In this document: positions 40,296 through 52,239 of the stretch, one piece after another
How positions within the stretch are numbered: position 1 is the stretch's first letter
Layout of the letters: every line of letters begins with the position of its first letter
Assembly: GCA_013041745.1 (NCBI GenBank)
Contig: JABDRN010000026.1
Location: 4,652 to 68,651 of the forward strand
Source: Gammaproteobacteria bacterium
GTDB lineage: Bacteria > Pseudomonadota > Gammaproteobacteria > SZUA-229
DNA length: 64,000 nucleotides
Reading direction: 5' to 3'
Translations under genes and position numbers: made by a program
Notes under the pieces: generated by a model
Databases searched by the model: none
Seen by the model: the letters and a program-made list of their open reading frames with translations, nothing else
Told to the model about the DNA's origin: nothing

Positions 40296-41345
40296 ATGCA
40301 GAAACCTTCTGAACTGCACCTTATCGTTCCCGGTATCTGCGGACCGCTTGCAGAGACACAGGCGCCGCATGCTAATCCGGCTGTCAAACGATGGCTGAAA
40401 ACATTATCAAAGTCCCGCTGTCAGCCATCAGGGGAGGACGAACATGATGTCATCGCCGAGGTGTTAGGCCTGGAGTATAAAGACAGCTTTCCTTCGGCAG
40501 CACTTACTCTACTGGCAAACGATCTCTATGATGATGGCATGTTCTGCATGCATGCTGACCCGGTACACCTGCAGGCAGATATGGATCATGCGGTATTGAC
40601 CTCCAGTGCAGATCTGGACATAGCGGTGCAGGAGTCATCGGCCATCTGTGCTGCTCTCGATCAGCATTTTCACCAGGATGGCCTGACTTTTTTTACTTTG
40701 AATAAAGACCAGTGGTTCGTTTCCAGTAAGGAAAAGATCAGGATGGAAACAACGTCACTGGTAGATGCGACGGGAAGGAATGTAAACTTTATCCTGCCCG
40801 CCGGTGAAGACTCTCCACGCTGGAGGCAACGGCTGACAGAAGCCCAGATGCTGATGCACTCACACGAACTTAACATGACAAGAGAGCGTGCCGGTCTGCC
40901 CAGTATCAACAGCTTGTGGTTTCATGGCCCCGGCGAACTTGAGGTATCTGTTAGTGATCCAGTGGCCTCGATATGCAGCAATGATGACATGTTAAAAGGG
41001 CTCGCAAAACATATCCAATGTGATCATATAAAGGTGCCGGAGTCAGTCGCTGCATATGCAGAATATCTATCGTCTGGTGAGCCCGGAAGCAGGCATATTC
41101 TACAATTCTCACAGCTCGAACACCTGACGAATTACACCGATGTCAGCCTGTGGATGAATGCGCTTGAGCAATTGTTGCAACAATGGGTTTACCCACTGTT
41201 GAAATTGATGAGCAAGAATAATATCACGCTGACTTTGTATCCCTGTAATGGAAAATGTTACCGCTTCTCGAAATATGATGTCCTGTGTTTTTGGCGCCAG
41301 GCCGGGCGAAAGGATAAGATAGAAGATTATGTCAGCAGCTACTGA
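40296..41345 (+). CDS. Conserved hypothetical protein (349 aa)
   Basis: Clean ORF packed between rlmB (9-nt gap) and recJ. I recognise no motif with confidence. Confidence 0.5.
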   Translation: MQKPSELHLIVPGICGPLAETQAPHANPAVKRWLKTLSKSRCQPSGEDEHDVIAEVLGLEYKDSFPSAALTLLANDLYDDGMFCMHADPVHLQADMDHAVLTSSADLDIAVQESSAICAALDQHFHQDGLTFFTLNKDQWFVSSKEKIRMETTSLVDATGRNVNFILPAGEDSPRWRQRLTEAQMLMHSHELNMTRERAGLPSINSLWFHGPGELEVSVSDPVASICSNDDMLKGLAKHIQCDHIKVPESVAAYAEYLSSGEPGSRHILQFSQLEHLTNYTDVSLWMNALEQLLQQWVYPLLKLMSKNNITLTLYPCNGKCYRFSKYDVLCFWRQAGRKDKIEDYVSSY

Positions 41346-41367
41346 TCATTTGCCGGGCAAAAAGATT

Positions 41368-43119
41368 ATGAAGAATGGTGTCACTTCCAGTATCGTTCGC
41401 AGAGATGCCGATATAAGTGAAGAACTCGAAGCCAGTGAGCTGCATCCTCTATTGAAGAAGATATATGCCAACAGGGGCGTGACCAGCTTAAAGCAGGTCG
41501 ACTATAGTCTTAAAGGGCTGCTCGATTTCGCTTTACTGAAAGACATCGATGTCGCCGCCGAACTGGTCTCTGAAGTGATCATCGAAGACAAACGTATCGT
41601 GGTGGTCGGTGATTTCGATGCAGATGGCGCTACCTCCTGTGCCGTGATGGTCCGCTCACTGAGGGCTTTCGGTCTCAGTAATGTCGAATACCTGGTACCG
41701 AACCGTTTTGATTTTGGTTATGGTTTGAGTCCACAGATCGTCGATGTGGCAGCAGGCTCCGAGCCGGAGCTGATCATCACCGTGGATAATGGTATCTCGA
41801 GCATCGATGGGGTACGCCGCGCCGCTGAGCTGGGTATCCAGGTGGTGGTTACCGACCACCACCTGGCGGCAGATGTTCTGCCCGAAGCTGCCGCTATCGT
41901 GAATCCTAATCAACCGGGCTGCGAGTTTCCTAGCAAGATGATCGCAGGTGTCGGTGTCGCGTTTTACCTCATGCTTGCTGTCCGCGCGAGGCTGCGGGAT
42001 AAAGACTGGTTTGCAGATGGTACGGCTCGCGTCGAACCAAAAATGGCAAACTATCTGGACCTGGTTGCCCTTGGTACGGTTGCTGACGTTGTTCCACTGG
42101 ATGTGAATAATCGTATTCTAGTCGAGTCGGGATTGCAACGCATACGTAGAAACAAGGCGTGCGCGGGCATCAATGCTTTACTGACGATAGCGGGAAAGTC
42201 GATAGAAGGCTGCTCCTCGCAAGATTTTGGTTTCATCATCGGTCCGCGTCTCAACGCCGCTGGTCGACTGGATGATATGTCGATCGGTATCGAGTGCCTG
42301 CTTTGTGACGACTACGAACAGGCCTTCAAACATGCTTCCACTCTGAACCATATGAATCAGCAGCGGCGCCAGATTGAAGGTGAGATGCTGGACCAGGCCT
42401 ATGACATATTAAATCATCAGATGTCATTACTCGATGATGAAGAGCAAATACCCGATGCGCTCGCGCTGTATGATGCGCAATGGCATCAGGGTGTGGTCGG
42501 GCTGCTGGCCTCCAGGATCAAAGAAAAATATCATCGGCCGGTAATCGCATTCGCAAATGCGGTTGGTGGTGAATTAAAAGGTTCGGGACGTTCGATACCT
42601 GGTCTGCACATGCGTGATGTGCTCGATGTGATATCAAAACAGCATGCTGGTCTGATAGAAAAGTTTGGTGGACATGCCATGGCAGCTGGCCTGAGCATCA
42701 GACAGGAAAACTTTTCCAGCTTCCGCTCGGCATTTAATGAACATGTGAGTGCTTCGTTACGCCCGCAAGACCTGGATAATATCAACGAAAGTGATGGCCC
42801 TGTCGCTGAGAAATTTATGACTATGGAAGCATCAGAGATAATCAAATATGCCAGTCCCTGGGGGCAGTTATTTCCGGAGCCTGTCTTTGATGATGAATTT
42901 AAAATATTAAACTGGCGTATCGTCGGTGAAAAACATCTGAAGCTTGAGCTTATGAAGGAGGATTCGGGAGCATGTTACTCGGCAATCGCATTTAATAAAA
43001 CAGACGATGATCTTCCACTGGGTGATAAAAATATCCACGTCGTCTATCGCCTCGATGTCAATGAATTTCGAGGCAACCGAAGTTTGCAGCTTATAATACA
43101 GCATATCGAAGCTGCCTGA
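41368..43119 (+). CDS. recJ: Single-stranded-DNA-specific exonuclease RecJ
   Basis: DHH (VVVGDFDADGATS, TVDNGI, VVVTDHH) and DHHA1 (GGHAMAAG) motifs are present. MKNGVTSSIVRRD...LLKKIYANRGV aligns with the E. coli RecJ N-terminus. The track start is 41329. Confidence 0.93.
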   Translation: MKNGVTSSIVRRDADISEELEASELHPLLKKIYANRGVTSLKQVDYSLKGLLDFALLKDIDVAAELVSEVIIEDKRIVVVGDFDADGATSCAVMVRSLRAFGLSNVEYLVPNRFDFGYGLSPQIVDVAAGSEPELIITVDNGISSIDGVRRAAELGIQVVVTDHHLAADVLPEAAAIVNPNQPGCEFPSKMIAGVGVAFYLMLAVRARLRDKDWFADGTARVEPKMANYLDLVALGTVADVVPLDVNNRILVESGLQRIRRNKACAGINALLTIAGKSIEGCSSQDFGFIIGPRLNAAGRLDDMSIGIECLLCDDYEQAFKHASTLNHMNQQRRQIEGEMLDQAYDILNHQMSLLDDEEQIPDALALYDAQWHQGVVGLLASRIKEKYHRPVIAFANAVGGELKGSGRSIPGLHMRDVLDVISKQHAGLIEKFGGHAMAAGLSIRQENFSSFRSAFNEHVSASLRPQDLDNINESDGPVAEKFMTMEASEIIKYASPWGQLFPEPVFDDEFKILNWRIVGEKHLKLELMKEDSGACYSAIAFNKTDDDLPLGDKNIHVVYRLDVNEFRGNRSLQLIIQHIEAA

Positions 43120-43134
43120 ATGAGTAGAAATACC

Positions 43135-44160
43135 ATGTATTCATTGATAAAAAGAATCTTGTTTTTTTTTGATGCAGAGAGCATACATAACTTTTCGTTA
43201 AAATTTTTGAGTTTTGCAAACAGCACAGGTCTTCTGAAACTGCTGGTAAAGAAACGCATAGAGTCACCCGTGACCGTGATGGGGCTGGAGTTTCCCAATG
43301 CTGTCGGTCTCGCTGCCGGTCTCGATAAAAATGCGCAGCATATAGACGCAATGGCTCAATGCGGATTTGGATTCATCGAGGTCGGCACCGTAACGCCATT
43401 AGCACAGCCCGGTAATGAAAAACCCAGGCTGTTCCGCCTGGTCGATGATAATGCCATCATCAATCGGATGGGCTTCAATAATGCAGGTGTAAAAGCATTG
43501 ATCGATAACGTAAAACAGCGTCGCAGTAACTGTGTGCTAGGAATCAATATCGGCAAGAATAAAGATACGCCGTTGCAGGATGCAGTCGATGATTACCTCG
43601 CATGTATGCAGCAGGTCTATCGTTATGCAGATTACATCACTATCAACATCTCATCACCTAATACGCCGGGCTTAAGGGAACTGCAGCATGGTGAAGGCCT
43701 GACATCACTACTCACACAGTTAAAGGATAAACAGGAGAAAATGAACAGACAGTACCAGCGTTATGTCCCACTGGTCGTCAAGATCGCACCTGATCTTGAT
43801 GAGCAGGAGATCGAGGATATCGCTGCACGATTATTGTCTGCTGATATCGACGCAGTCATTGCGACCAATACCACTAACAGCCGTCCTGATTCATTATCCT
43901 GCAAAGAGCTCGCTGCCGAAGCAGGTGGCTTGAGTGGCGCACCGGTTTTTGAGTTATCGACACATGTCCTGTCAAGCCTTGTGAAAGCACTGCATGGCAA
44001 GATACCGGTGATCGCAGCCGGTGGCATCTCATCAGCGGATGATGCAATGAAAAAGATAAAGGCGGGTGCCAGCCTGGTACAGATCTATACCGGTTTTATC
44101 TACTCCGGTCCTGGGCTGATCAATGACTGTGCTAAAGCTTTGAAAAATAGCATTAAATAG
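43135..44160 (+). CDS. pyrD: Dihydroorotate dehydrogenase (quinone), class 2
   Basis: Collinear with E. coli PyrD ([20 protein letters not shown] vs [54 protein letters not shown], GGLSG). The track start is 43120. Confidence 0.95.
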   Translation: [341 protein letters not shown]

Positions 44161-44341
44161 CTATTATGCAGGCTTTTATACGGCCGAATCTGCTTATTAT
44201 TCATCATATCTGCTATATAAGAAGTAATCTAATTATCATATAAAAACAGCGCTTATAACATCTATTGCGATCGTGTGATGATGGGACTTGTTCTGGTACT
44301 TTGTCGCATTGAATGACTGTACTGTTTACTGAGGTAAGGTT

Positions 44342-44737
44342 ATGAGTGAGCGTGTATTTCTATTTATCGTCGGTGTTTATATATTGATGGCGTTATACCT
44401 GGGTATGGACGTCATGATCTACCTGTTGAGCTTGTGGTTATTGTTCGAAGCAGTTACCGATATCCGTCTCACAACTCTAAGCCAGCGTCTCCTGAAAAAA
44501 TCAGTACCGGCCGGTCTTATCATATTTAATTCCAGGCAGCGTTTTGATTTCGACGCACTGCGTATATGGCGTATCAGTGTTGCTGTGCTCCTTGGCGGTT
44601 CCCTCATATTACTAAAAGAACAGAATTTCGAATTCATGTGGTTCTTTCCCTGGTTCATGGGTTTTGCCATTATGGGTGCCGGGGCAAGCAGTGTCTGCCC
44701 GGTGCTGCTGTTTATCCGCTGGATAGGCTTCAAGTAA
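44342..44737 (+). CDS. Small multi-pass membrane protein, possibly DUF2892/YgaP-like
   Basis: 131 aa with four hydrophobic segments. The C-terminal GAGASSVCPVLLFIRWIGF resembles the G-x-CP-x-Y motif region of DUF2892. The family assignment is tentative. Confidence 0.5.
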   Translation: MSERVFLFIVGVYILMALYLGMDVMIYLLSLWLLFEAVTDIRLTTLSQRLLKKSVPAGLIIFNSRQRFDFDALRIWRISVAVLLGGSLILLKEQNFEFMWFFPWFMGFAIMGAGASSVCPVLLFIRWIGFK

Positions 44738-44741
44738 TCAG

Positions 44742-47141
44742 ATGCAGACAGAGGGACAAAAATTTGAGGTAAAACTTCCTGCTCGAATTACCGGTCTGGT
44801 TTTCTGGGGGCTGGTTTTTATCGGACTGTTCCTGGCGGTTATCGTCCTGCAACAGGCCGAGTCAGACCTCAAAGCAGAAAACCTGGAAGAAACACTGATC
44901 ATTTCTTATGAGATAGAAGAGATCATCGAACAGTTTTCGCAGCCGCCTGTACTGCAGCGAGCGTCAGGTCGAATAAGGTCAAAGATCAGTGAGCATATGG
45001 AAGAGTTTGGCTTTCATGCAATACGTCTCTATGAGGAAGATCAAACACTCTCCATGGGAGAAATCAATGACAGTGATGATCTTTACGAATTTACAATACA
45101 TTATTACCCTCTGGGCTCAAGTGATCTGCATGCTGTCAGGCTTGAGATCTACTGTACGAACTCGAAAGACGTTATCTCAGATATCCGTAAGAATTTTCTG
45201 CTCTCTATCGGCATAGGAGTTTTTGTCTTCGGATTATTTCTGCAGCGCATATTGCAGAAGATGCTGTCTATACCATTCCAGAAGATGGTGATGACAGCCG
45301 ATCAATTTTCTAAGGGCAATGAAGACGTTCGCTTCGATGAACAGAGAGCTGACGAATTTGGTTATCTGGGTAAGTTCATCAATAACGCGATAGATACAAT
45401 TCTATCGAATAAGAATGATCTGGTACTTGCACTGCAGCGGGCTTCAACCTCGGAGATAGCTTTAGGCCTGGAAAAAGAGCGTGCCGAAGTAACTCTGCAT
45501 TCGATTACAGATAGCGTGATTACTGTCGATATCGACGAATGTATCGTATATCTGAACCCTGCAGGTGAAAAGTTGCTGGGTTATACCATCAAAGAAGTAT
45601 CTGGGGTTAAGTTTAAGGATATATTTAACGTCGTTGAAGAGAGTAGCGGTGAACCGATAGACGACGCTTTGCATGAGTGCTTCGTGAGCGGAAAAACGGT
45701 CCACCTGCCAGAGCATTCTTCGTTGATATCCAAGGATGATTCAGTAATATCTATCGAGGCATCAATCGCTCCGATGAAAGTCGAGACAGGCGACCTCATG
45801 GGAGCGGTCATCGTGATCCAGGATGTCAGTCATACCCGTCGATTGACTCGGCAGCTGTCCTACCAGGCAAGTCACGATCTGTTGACTGGTTTATATAACC
45901 GTCGAAAATTCGAAGAATACCTGGAAGATATCCTGATCAATGTCCGTGAAGAGGACCGGCACCACGCACTGTTCTATCTTGACCTTGATAACTTCAAGAT
46001 CGTCAATGATACCTGTGGCCATGTCGCTGGTGACGAGTTGCTGAAACAGCTACCAACACTGTTCAACGAGGTTTTCCGTAGCGGTGACATCATCGCCCGT
46101 CTGGGTGGTGATGAATTCGGCATCATCCTTGAGAACTGTGGCATACAGAAAGCCGCCAGTATCGCTGACAAGGTGCGCCAGAAGATAAAAGATTACCGCT
46201 TTACATGGGATGATAGAACGTTTGAAATCGGTGTCAGTATCGGTGTCATCGGGATCAATGCCGATAATGCCGAGATGTCACAGGTACTCAGTTCGGCGGA
46301 CGTCGCATGTTATGCAGCAAAAGACTCCGGCCGTAACCGTGTGCATATATATGAGCCATCAGACAAGGTTGTCAGTGAGCGCTATGGACAGATGCACTGG
46401 ACCGCGAGGATTTCTAAAGCTCTTGAAGATGGGCGATTTACACTCTACCAGCAGCCTATCGTGGGTGTGGCAAACAAAGTAAGAAAACATCTTGAGATAT
46501 TGTTACGCATGATCGATGAAAGTGGAAAAATCATACCGCCTGGCGCCTTTATGCCGGCGGCTGAGCGTTATGGCTTGATGCCGGATATCGACCGCTGGGT
46601 GATCCATGAAGTGTTCAGTTATATCGCTAAATCTGGAACGGCAGATCCTGTAGATGGTGCCGAACGTGTATTTGCGGTTAACCTGTCGGGCGACTCTATC
46701 AATGACTCGAGCTTGCTCGAGTATATTCTAGAGCAGAAGAAAAGGCAGAATATCTCATTGAGCAACATCTGTTTTGAGATTACCGAAACCGTGGCCATAA
46801 GTAATTTGAGTAAGGCTTCGGCATTCATAAACGAACTGAAAGAACATGGTTGCCAGTTTGCCCTGGATGATTTCGGCAGCGGCCTGAGTTCTTTTGCTTA
46901 CCTGAAAAACCTACCGGTGAACTACCTGAAGATCGATGGCAGTTTTGTTCGAGATATCAGCCGCGATATGATCGACCGCACCATGGTCGAATCTATCCAG
47001 CAGATCGGTAATGTTATGGAGCTGACGACCATTGCCGAACATGTCGAAGATGAACCGACTCTAAATATACTAGAAGAGATCGGTGTTCATTATGCCCAGG
47101 GCTTCCACCTTGGTAGGCCGCAAGCGATCGATAAGAGTTGA
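44742..47141 (+). CDS. Membrane-bound PAS-GGDEF-EAL c-di-GMP signalling protein
   Basis: 799 aa. It has two TM segments flanking a periplasmic region, a HAMP-like linker and a PAS domain (ITDSVITVD...YLNPAGEKLLGY). The GGDEF domain reads RLGGDEFGIIL. The EAL domain reads YQQPIV...LEILLRM, EITET, DDFGSG. Confidence 0.9.
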   Translation: MQTEGQKFEVKLPARITGLVFWGLVFIGLFLAVIVLQQAESDLKAENLEETLIISYEIEEIIEQFSQPPVLQRASGRIRSKISEHMEEFGFHAIRLYEEDQTLSMGEINDSDDLYEFTIHYYPLGSSDLHAVRLEIYCTNSKDVISDIRKNFLLSIGIGVFVFGLFLQRILQKMLSIPFQKMVMTADQFSKGNEDVRFDEQRADEFGYLGKFINNAIDTILSNKNDLVLALQRASTSEIALGLEKERAEVTLHSITDSVITVDIDECIVYLNPAGEKLLGYTIKEVSGVKFKDIFNVVEESSGEPIDDALHECFVSGKTVHLPEHSSLISKDDSVISIEASIAPMKVETGDLMGAVIVIQDVSHTRRLTRQLSYQASHDLLTGLYNRRKFEEYLEDILINVREEDRHHALFYLDLDNFKIVNDTCGHVAGDELLKQLPTLFNEVFRSGDIIARLGGDEFGIILENCGIQKAASIADKVRQKIKDYRFTWDDRTFEIGVSIGVIGINADNAEMSQVLSSADVACYAAKDSGRNRVHIYEPSDKVVSERYGQMHWTARISKALEDGRFTLYQQPIVGVANKVRKHLEILLRMIDESGKIIPPGAFMPAAERYGLMPDIDRWVIHEVFSYIAKSGTADPVDGAERVFAVNLSGDSINDSSLLEYILEQKKRQNISLSNICFEITETVAISNLSKASAFINELKEHGCQFALDDFGSGLSSFAYLKNLPVNYLKIDGSFVRDISRDMIDRTMVESIQQIGNVMELTTIAEHVEDEPTLNILEEIGVHYAQGFHLGRPQAIDKS

Positions 47142-47199
47142 ATGACTGTCTGAACGAGAAAAAGTAGATGAGACGCACTATGCGCCTATCATAGAAGTT

Positions 47200-47748
47200 C
47201 TATATGTACACGCGCCGGGTCTGTATATCCGGTGTGCTATGCTCCCATGCTTCGTTGAAGAAGTCGGTGAGCTTTGCCGCCCGTTGCGGCGACATGAAAT
47301 TGACGCTGGCTTTGTAGTTTCTGTTCGATGCACTCACCCGATATAATATACCTAACTGATCGACTACTAAGAAGGCACATCTTTCATCTTTCATTGCATT
47401 CGAGGGGGTATTGATAAAGACCGAACTTGTCAGGTCCTGCGCCAGTTTGATCAAGCGATGTCCGTTGCTGACAGCTAGCTTTGAATCCTTAGTCAGGATG
47501 CGTACCCTGGTGTCAGGATGCTTTTTTGCAAGATTGAAAATTGAGTGCTCGATCTCTTTATTATTATAAAGTTCGGCATCCAGGTCCTGAGTGAAGATAT
47601 TGATGCTGAAGCGTGCCTGCTGGATCAGTGAGATAGCAGCATTTCTGTTTTCTTCTGCGCTATCGATATGGATCTCTTCCTCTGTTTCGCCAAGTTTGTA
47701 AAACATAGGGAGCTCGTTAGTCATCGGCATAGAAGGGTTGGTTAACAT
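47200..47748 (-). CDS. Conserved hypothetical protein (182 aa)
   Basis: Last ORF of the tightly packed minus-strand run purB, cupin, GNAT and this ORF. I recognise no catalytic motif. Confidence 0.5.
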   Translation of the reverse strand: MLTNPSMPMTNELPMFYKLGETEEEIHIDSAEENRNAAISLIQQARFSINIFTQDLDAELYNNKEIEHSIFNLAKKHPDTRVRILTKDSKLAVSNGHRLIKLAQDLTSSVFINTPSNAMKDERCAFLVVDQLGILYRVSASNRNYKASVNFMSPQRAAKLTDFFNEAWEHSTPDIQTRRVYI

Positions 47749-47787
47749 TGATTACAGGCATCTATTGCACTTGTCGTATGACTATAT

Positions 47788-48219
47788 CTAGCAGATTTTT
47801 TTCAACATTTCACGGTGTGGGATATCTGCTTCATAAAAAATTTCGCCAACTGAAATAAAGCCCTGTTTTTCATAGAATGGGATCGCTGATACCTGTGCGT
47901 GAAGGTAGACCTCATTGATATCTTTCTCGGCAGCCGTACGGAGTACAAATCGCAGTAGCTCCTGTCCAATCCCCTGGTTTCGATATCCGGTCAATACTGC
48001 CATGCGACCTATCTGGCCATCACTTTTCAACCGTGCACATGCGATCGCCTGGCCAGACAGGGTGACGATGAAATGAGTGGCAGTTTCGTCATATTCATCC
48101 CATTCCAGTTCAACCGGAACCTTCTGCTCTTCGACGAAGACCCGGTGACGAATACTTTTCAGCGCGTCTTTATCCTGAATCCAGTCGGCCACGCGGCACT
48201 GTATCGGCTGATCGATCAT
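47788..48219 (-). CDS. GNAT family N-acetyltransferase
   Basis: 143 aa with the acetyl-CoA binding motif RNQGIGQELLRF and a typical GNAT beta-alpha pattern (FYEKQGF). Confidence 0.85.
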   Translation of the reverse strand: MIDQPIQCRVADWIQDKDALKSIRHRVFVEEQKVPVELEWDEYDETATHFIVTLSGQAIACARLKSDGQIGRMAVLTGYRNQGIGQELLRFVLRTAAEKDINEVYLHAQVSAIPFYEKQGFISVGEIFYEADIPHREMLKKIC

Positions 48220-48224
48220 TTCTG

Positions 48225-49379
48225 TTATTCACTGATCAAAGCGCCAGTATTATATAGCACCAGCAGGGTGATCTTATCGTCGGCTGTGATGATTTCGTTT
48301 AACTGCTGCAGATCGATGGCATCGCTCTCACAGATCGATTCTGCAAATACACTGCTGACCTGGTGGCTGCCGCCATTTACAAATAATATTGCACCACGCT
48401 CGTTATAGCTAAACAGGAAATTAGAATAGGGCGAGCGTTGTAGAGGATGTCTGCGTGCTATGTCAGTGAGTTCATCATAGCTGACGATATGCTGTTCAAC
48501 TATCATCTCTTCATAAGTTTTATTATCGCTGCAATACTGTCCCAGCCAGTTTTTTACCTGGTCGTGTTCTATGCTGATCCCCTGTTTAAGGTAGTCGATA
48601 AAATGAGCGACCGTCTGATCAGTGATCTCTGCATGATGCTTCGGTTTAACTGCAACAGCATCACGATAGCGGCGCTCGTCATGCACGTTCTCGTTGAGAT
48701 AATTTATGTAGTCGCTGGTGATGGTCTTTAGAGAAGGTGCGCGGAAACCGACCGATGCTGTCAGGCAGGGTTCGCCATTATCCAGCGCGATACCATGATG
48801 CGCGATGTTTGGCGGCAGGTAAAGCATGTCGCCGCTGTTAAGTAACCACTCGTTCTCGGCCTCGAATTTTTCCAGTATACATAGATCGACACCGTCGAGT
48901 GTCCTGTCAGGAAACTCCTCAGCGATCTTCCACAGGCGCTGTCCGCTCAGCTGTATCAGGAAGACATCATAAGCATCGGTATGCGCGCCTACTGAACCAC
49001 CCTGAGGAGCGTAACTGATCATCAGGTCATCGATACGCCAGTCCGGAATAAAGCGAAAAGGCTTCAGCAGGACGGCGGTTTCAGGAACATGTTTTTCGAC
49101 ATCACTGACCAATAATGACCAGTGTGATTCCGGCAGTTGAGAAAAACGTGATTCTTCGAATGGGCCAAACTCAACCTGCCAGGGGTAGTCACCATCTCTC
49201 TCCAGGACCAGGCGCCCATTCACATGTTCCTCACAAGACAGCCCGGCGAGTTCTTCAGCGCTTATCGGTGACTCCAGGCCCGGGAATGCATCTCTGATCA
49301 GCAGCGGCTTCTTCTGCCAGTAATCAGCCAGGAATTCCTCGATACTGGTCTCGCCCAGGCAGTTATCAGGATCGATCAT
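48225..49379 (-). CDS. JmjC/cupin 2-oxoglutarate oxygenase, ribosomal protein uL16 hydroxylase RoxA (YcfD)-like
   Basis: 384 aa. The cupin core has an HTD...H facial-triad pattern (GGSVGAHTDAYDVFLIQ ... PPNIAHHG), followed by a winged-helix-like C-terminus. Its length and layout resemble E. coli YcfD. Confidence 0.75.
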   Translation of the reverse strand: MIDPDNCLGETSIEEFLADYWQKKPLLIRDAFPGLESPISAEELAGLSCEEHVNGRLVLERDGDYPWQVEFGPFEESRFSQLPESHWSLLVSDVEKHVPETAVLLKPFRFIPDWRIDDLMISYAPQGGSVGAHTDAYDVFLIQLSGQRLWKIAEEFPDRTLDGVDLCILEKFEAENEWLLNSGDMLYLPPNIAHHGIALDNGEPCLTASVGFRAPSLKTITSDYINYLNENVHDERRYRDAVAVKPKHHAEITDQTVAHFIDYLKQGISIEHDQVKNWLGQYCSDNKTYEEMIVEQHIVSYDELTDIARRHPLQRSPYSNFLFSYNERGAILFVNGGSHQVSSVFAESICESDAIDLQQLNEIITADDKITLLVLYNTGALISE

Positions 49380-49388
49380 CTAAAGCAG

Positions 49389-50777
<1,389 letters not shown>

Positions 50778-50862
50778 TTAAATCACTATAAAAGCGGTAT
50801 TATATCATCCTAAAAACATCAGCAGGGGAGACCGCGGTAGATACAGCCAGGAGCGATACGAA

Positions 50863-52239
50863 ATGAGTGATTATCGAATTGAGAGAGACAGTATGGGAGA
50901 GTTGCAGGTGCCTGCAGATGCTGCTTATGGTGCCCAGACACAACGCGCCATAGAGAATTTTCCGATCAGCGGCGTCACCATGCCAGAGTCGTTCATCAAG
51001 GCACTGGGCCTGGTAAAGCAGGCATGTGCAAATGCAAATCATCAGCTGGGGACTCTCGATGAGAGCCACCGCCGTGCGATCTCTGCTGTCTGTGACGATA
51101 TCAAAGATGGCAAGCTGATGTCGCAATTTCCGCTGGATGTGTTCCAGACAGGTTCTGCGACCAGCACCAACATGAACGCCAACGAGGTGATCGCACGACT
51201 GGCATCACTGCAAGCCAGGGATGAGATCCATCCCAATGATCACGTCAATATGAGTCAGAGTTCAAATGACGTAATCCCGACCACTATCCATGTCAGTGCG
51301 GCGATCGACTGTCAGCAGAACCTCATCCCTGCGATAAATCATCTGATCCTCACTATCGAGGAGAAAGCCGAGACTGTCGCCTCGATAGTGACAACTGGCC
51401 GCACGCATCTCATGGACGCCATGCCGGTGAGCCTGGGCCAGGAGTTATCGGGATGGGCGGCGCAGTTGAAATCTGCCCTGTCTCACATCGAGCGCACATT
51501 ACCGGATGTTCTGCAACTGGCGATAGGTGGTACCGCGGTGGGCACAGGCATCAATGCTGCCCCAGCTTTTGGCGACCTGGTGGCCGAACAGTTAGCCAGC
51601 AGCACCGGTCTGCGGTTCAGCGTGGCACACAATCGATTTGCGGCACTGAGCTCACAGGATACCGCTGTCGCTCTCAGCGGTCAGTTAAAAACACTGGCGA
51701 CAGCATTGATGAAGATATCCAATGATCTGCGCTGGATGAACAGCGGACCGCTGGCCGGTATCGGTGAGATCGCTCTGCCTGCATTACAGCCTGGTAGCAG
51801 TATCATGCCCGGCAAGGTCAACCCGGTGATACCTGAGGCAACAGCGATGGTCTGTGCACAGGTGACGGGTAACGATAGTGCTATCACTATCGCAGGGCAG
51901 TCTGGTAATTTTCAATTGAATGTCATGCTACCGCTGGTGGCATATAACCTGTTGCAGAGTATCGAGATATTATCGAATGCATCACGCTTGCTCGCTGATA
52001 AAGCGATAGCTGGATTTACCGTTAATGAGGATAACATCAATGCAGCACTGGCAAAGAATCCGATCCTGGTGACGGCGTTGAATACCGTCATCGGTTATGA
52101 ACTGGGAGCAAAGATAGCCAAAACAGCCTATGCTGAAGGCCGTGCTGTTATCGATGTGGCAGATGAGATGTCTGAATTATCGCGTGATGAGCTGGAAAAA
52201 TTACTCGACCCTGTAAAATTAATCGAAGGTGGGAGCTGA
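50863..52239 (+). CDS. fumC: Class II fumarate hydratase
   Basis: 458 aa with the GSSIMPGKVNP signature and YGAQTQRA, TGSATSTNMNANEV motifs. Confidence 0.96.
   Translation: MSDYRIERDSMGELQVPADAAYGAQTQRAIENFPISGVTMPESFIKALGLVKQACANANHQLGTLDESHRRAISAVCDDIKDGKLMSQFPLDVFQTGSATSTNMNANEVIARLASLQARDEIHPNDHVNMSQSSNDVIPTTIHVSAAIDCQQNLIPAINHLILTIEEKAETVASIVTTGRTHLMDAMPVSLGQELSGWAAQLKSALSHIERTLPDVLQLAIGGTAVGTGINAAPAFGDLVAEQLASSTGLRFSVAHNRFAALSSQDTAVALSGQLKTLATALMKISNDLRWMNSGPLAGIGEIALPALQPGSSIMPGKVNPVIPEATAMVCAQVTGNDSAITIAGQSGNFQLNVMLPLVAYNLLQSIEILSNASRLLADKAIAGFTVNEDNINAALAKNPILVTALNTVIGYELGAKIAKTAYAEGRAVIDVADEMSELSRDELEKLLDPVKLIEGGS

Noticed and set aside
44742-47141. Degenerate (inactive) EAL or GGDEF domain in the 799-aa signalling protein.
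   Set aside because: GGDEF is intact (RLGGDEFG). The EAL-position motif reads EIL, with the downstream EITET and DDFGSG motifs present. There is no sequence evidence for degeneracy.
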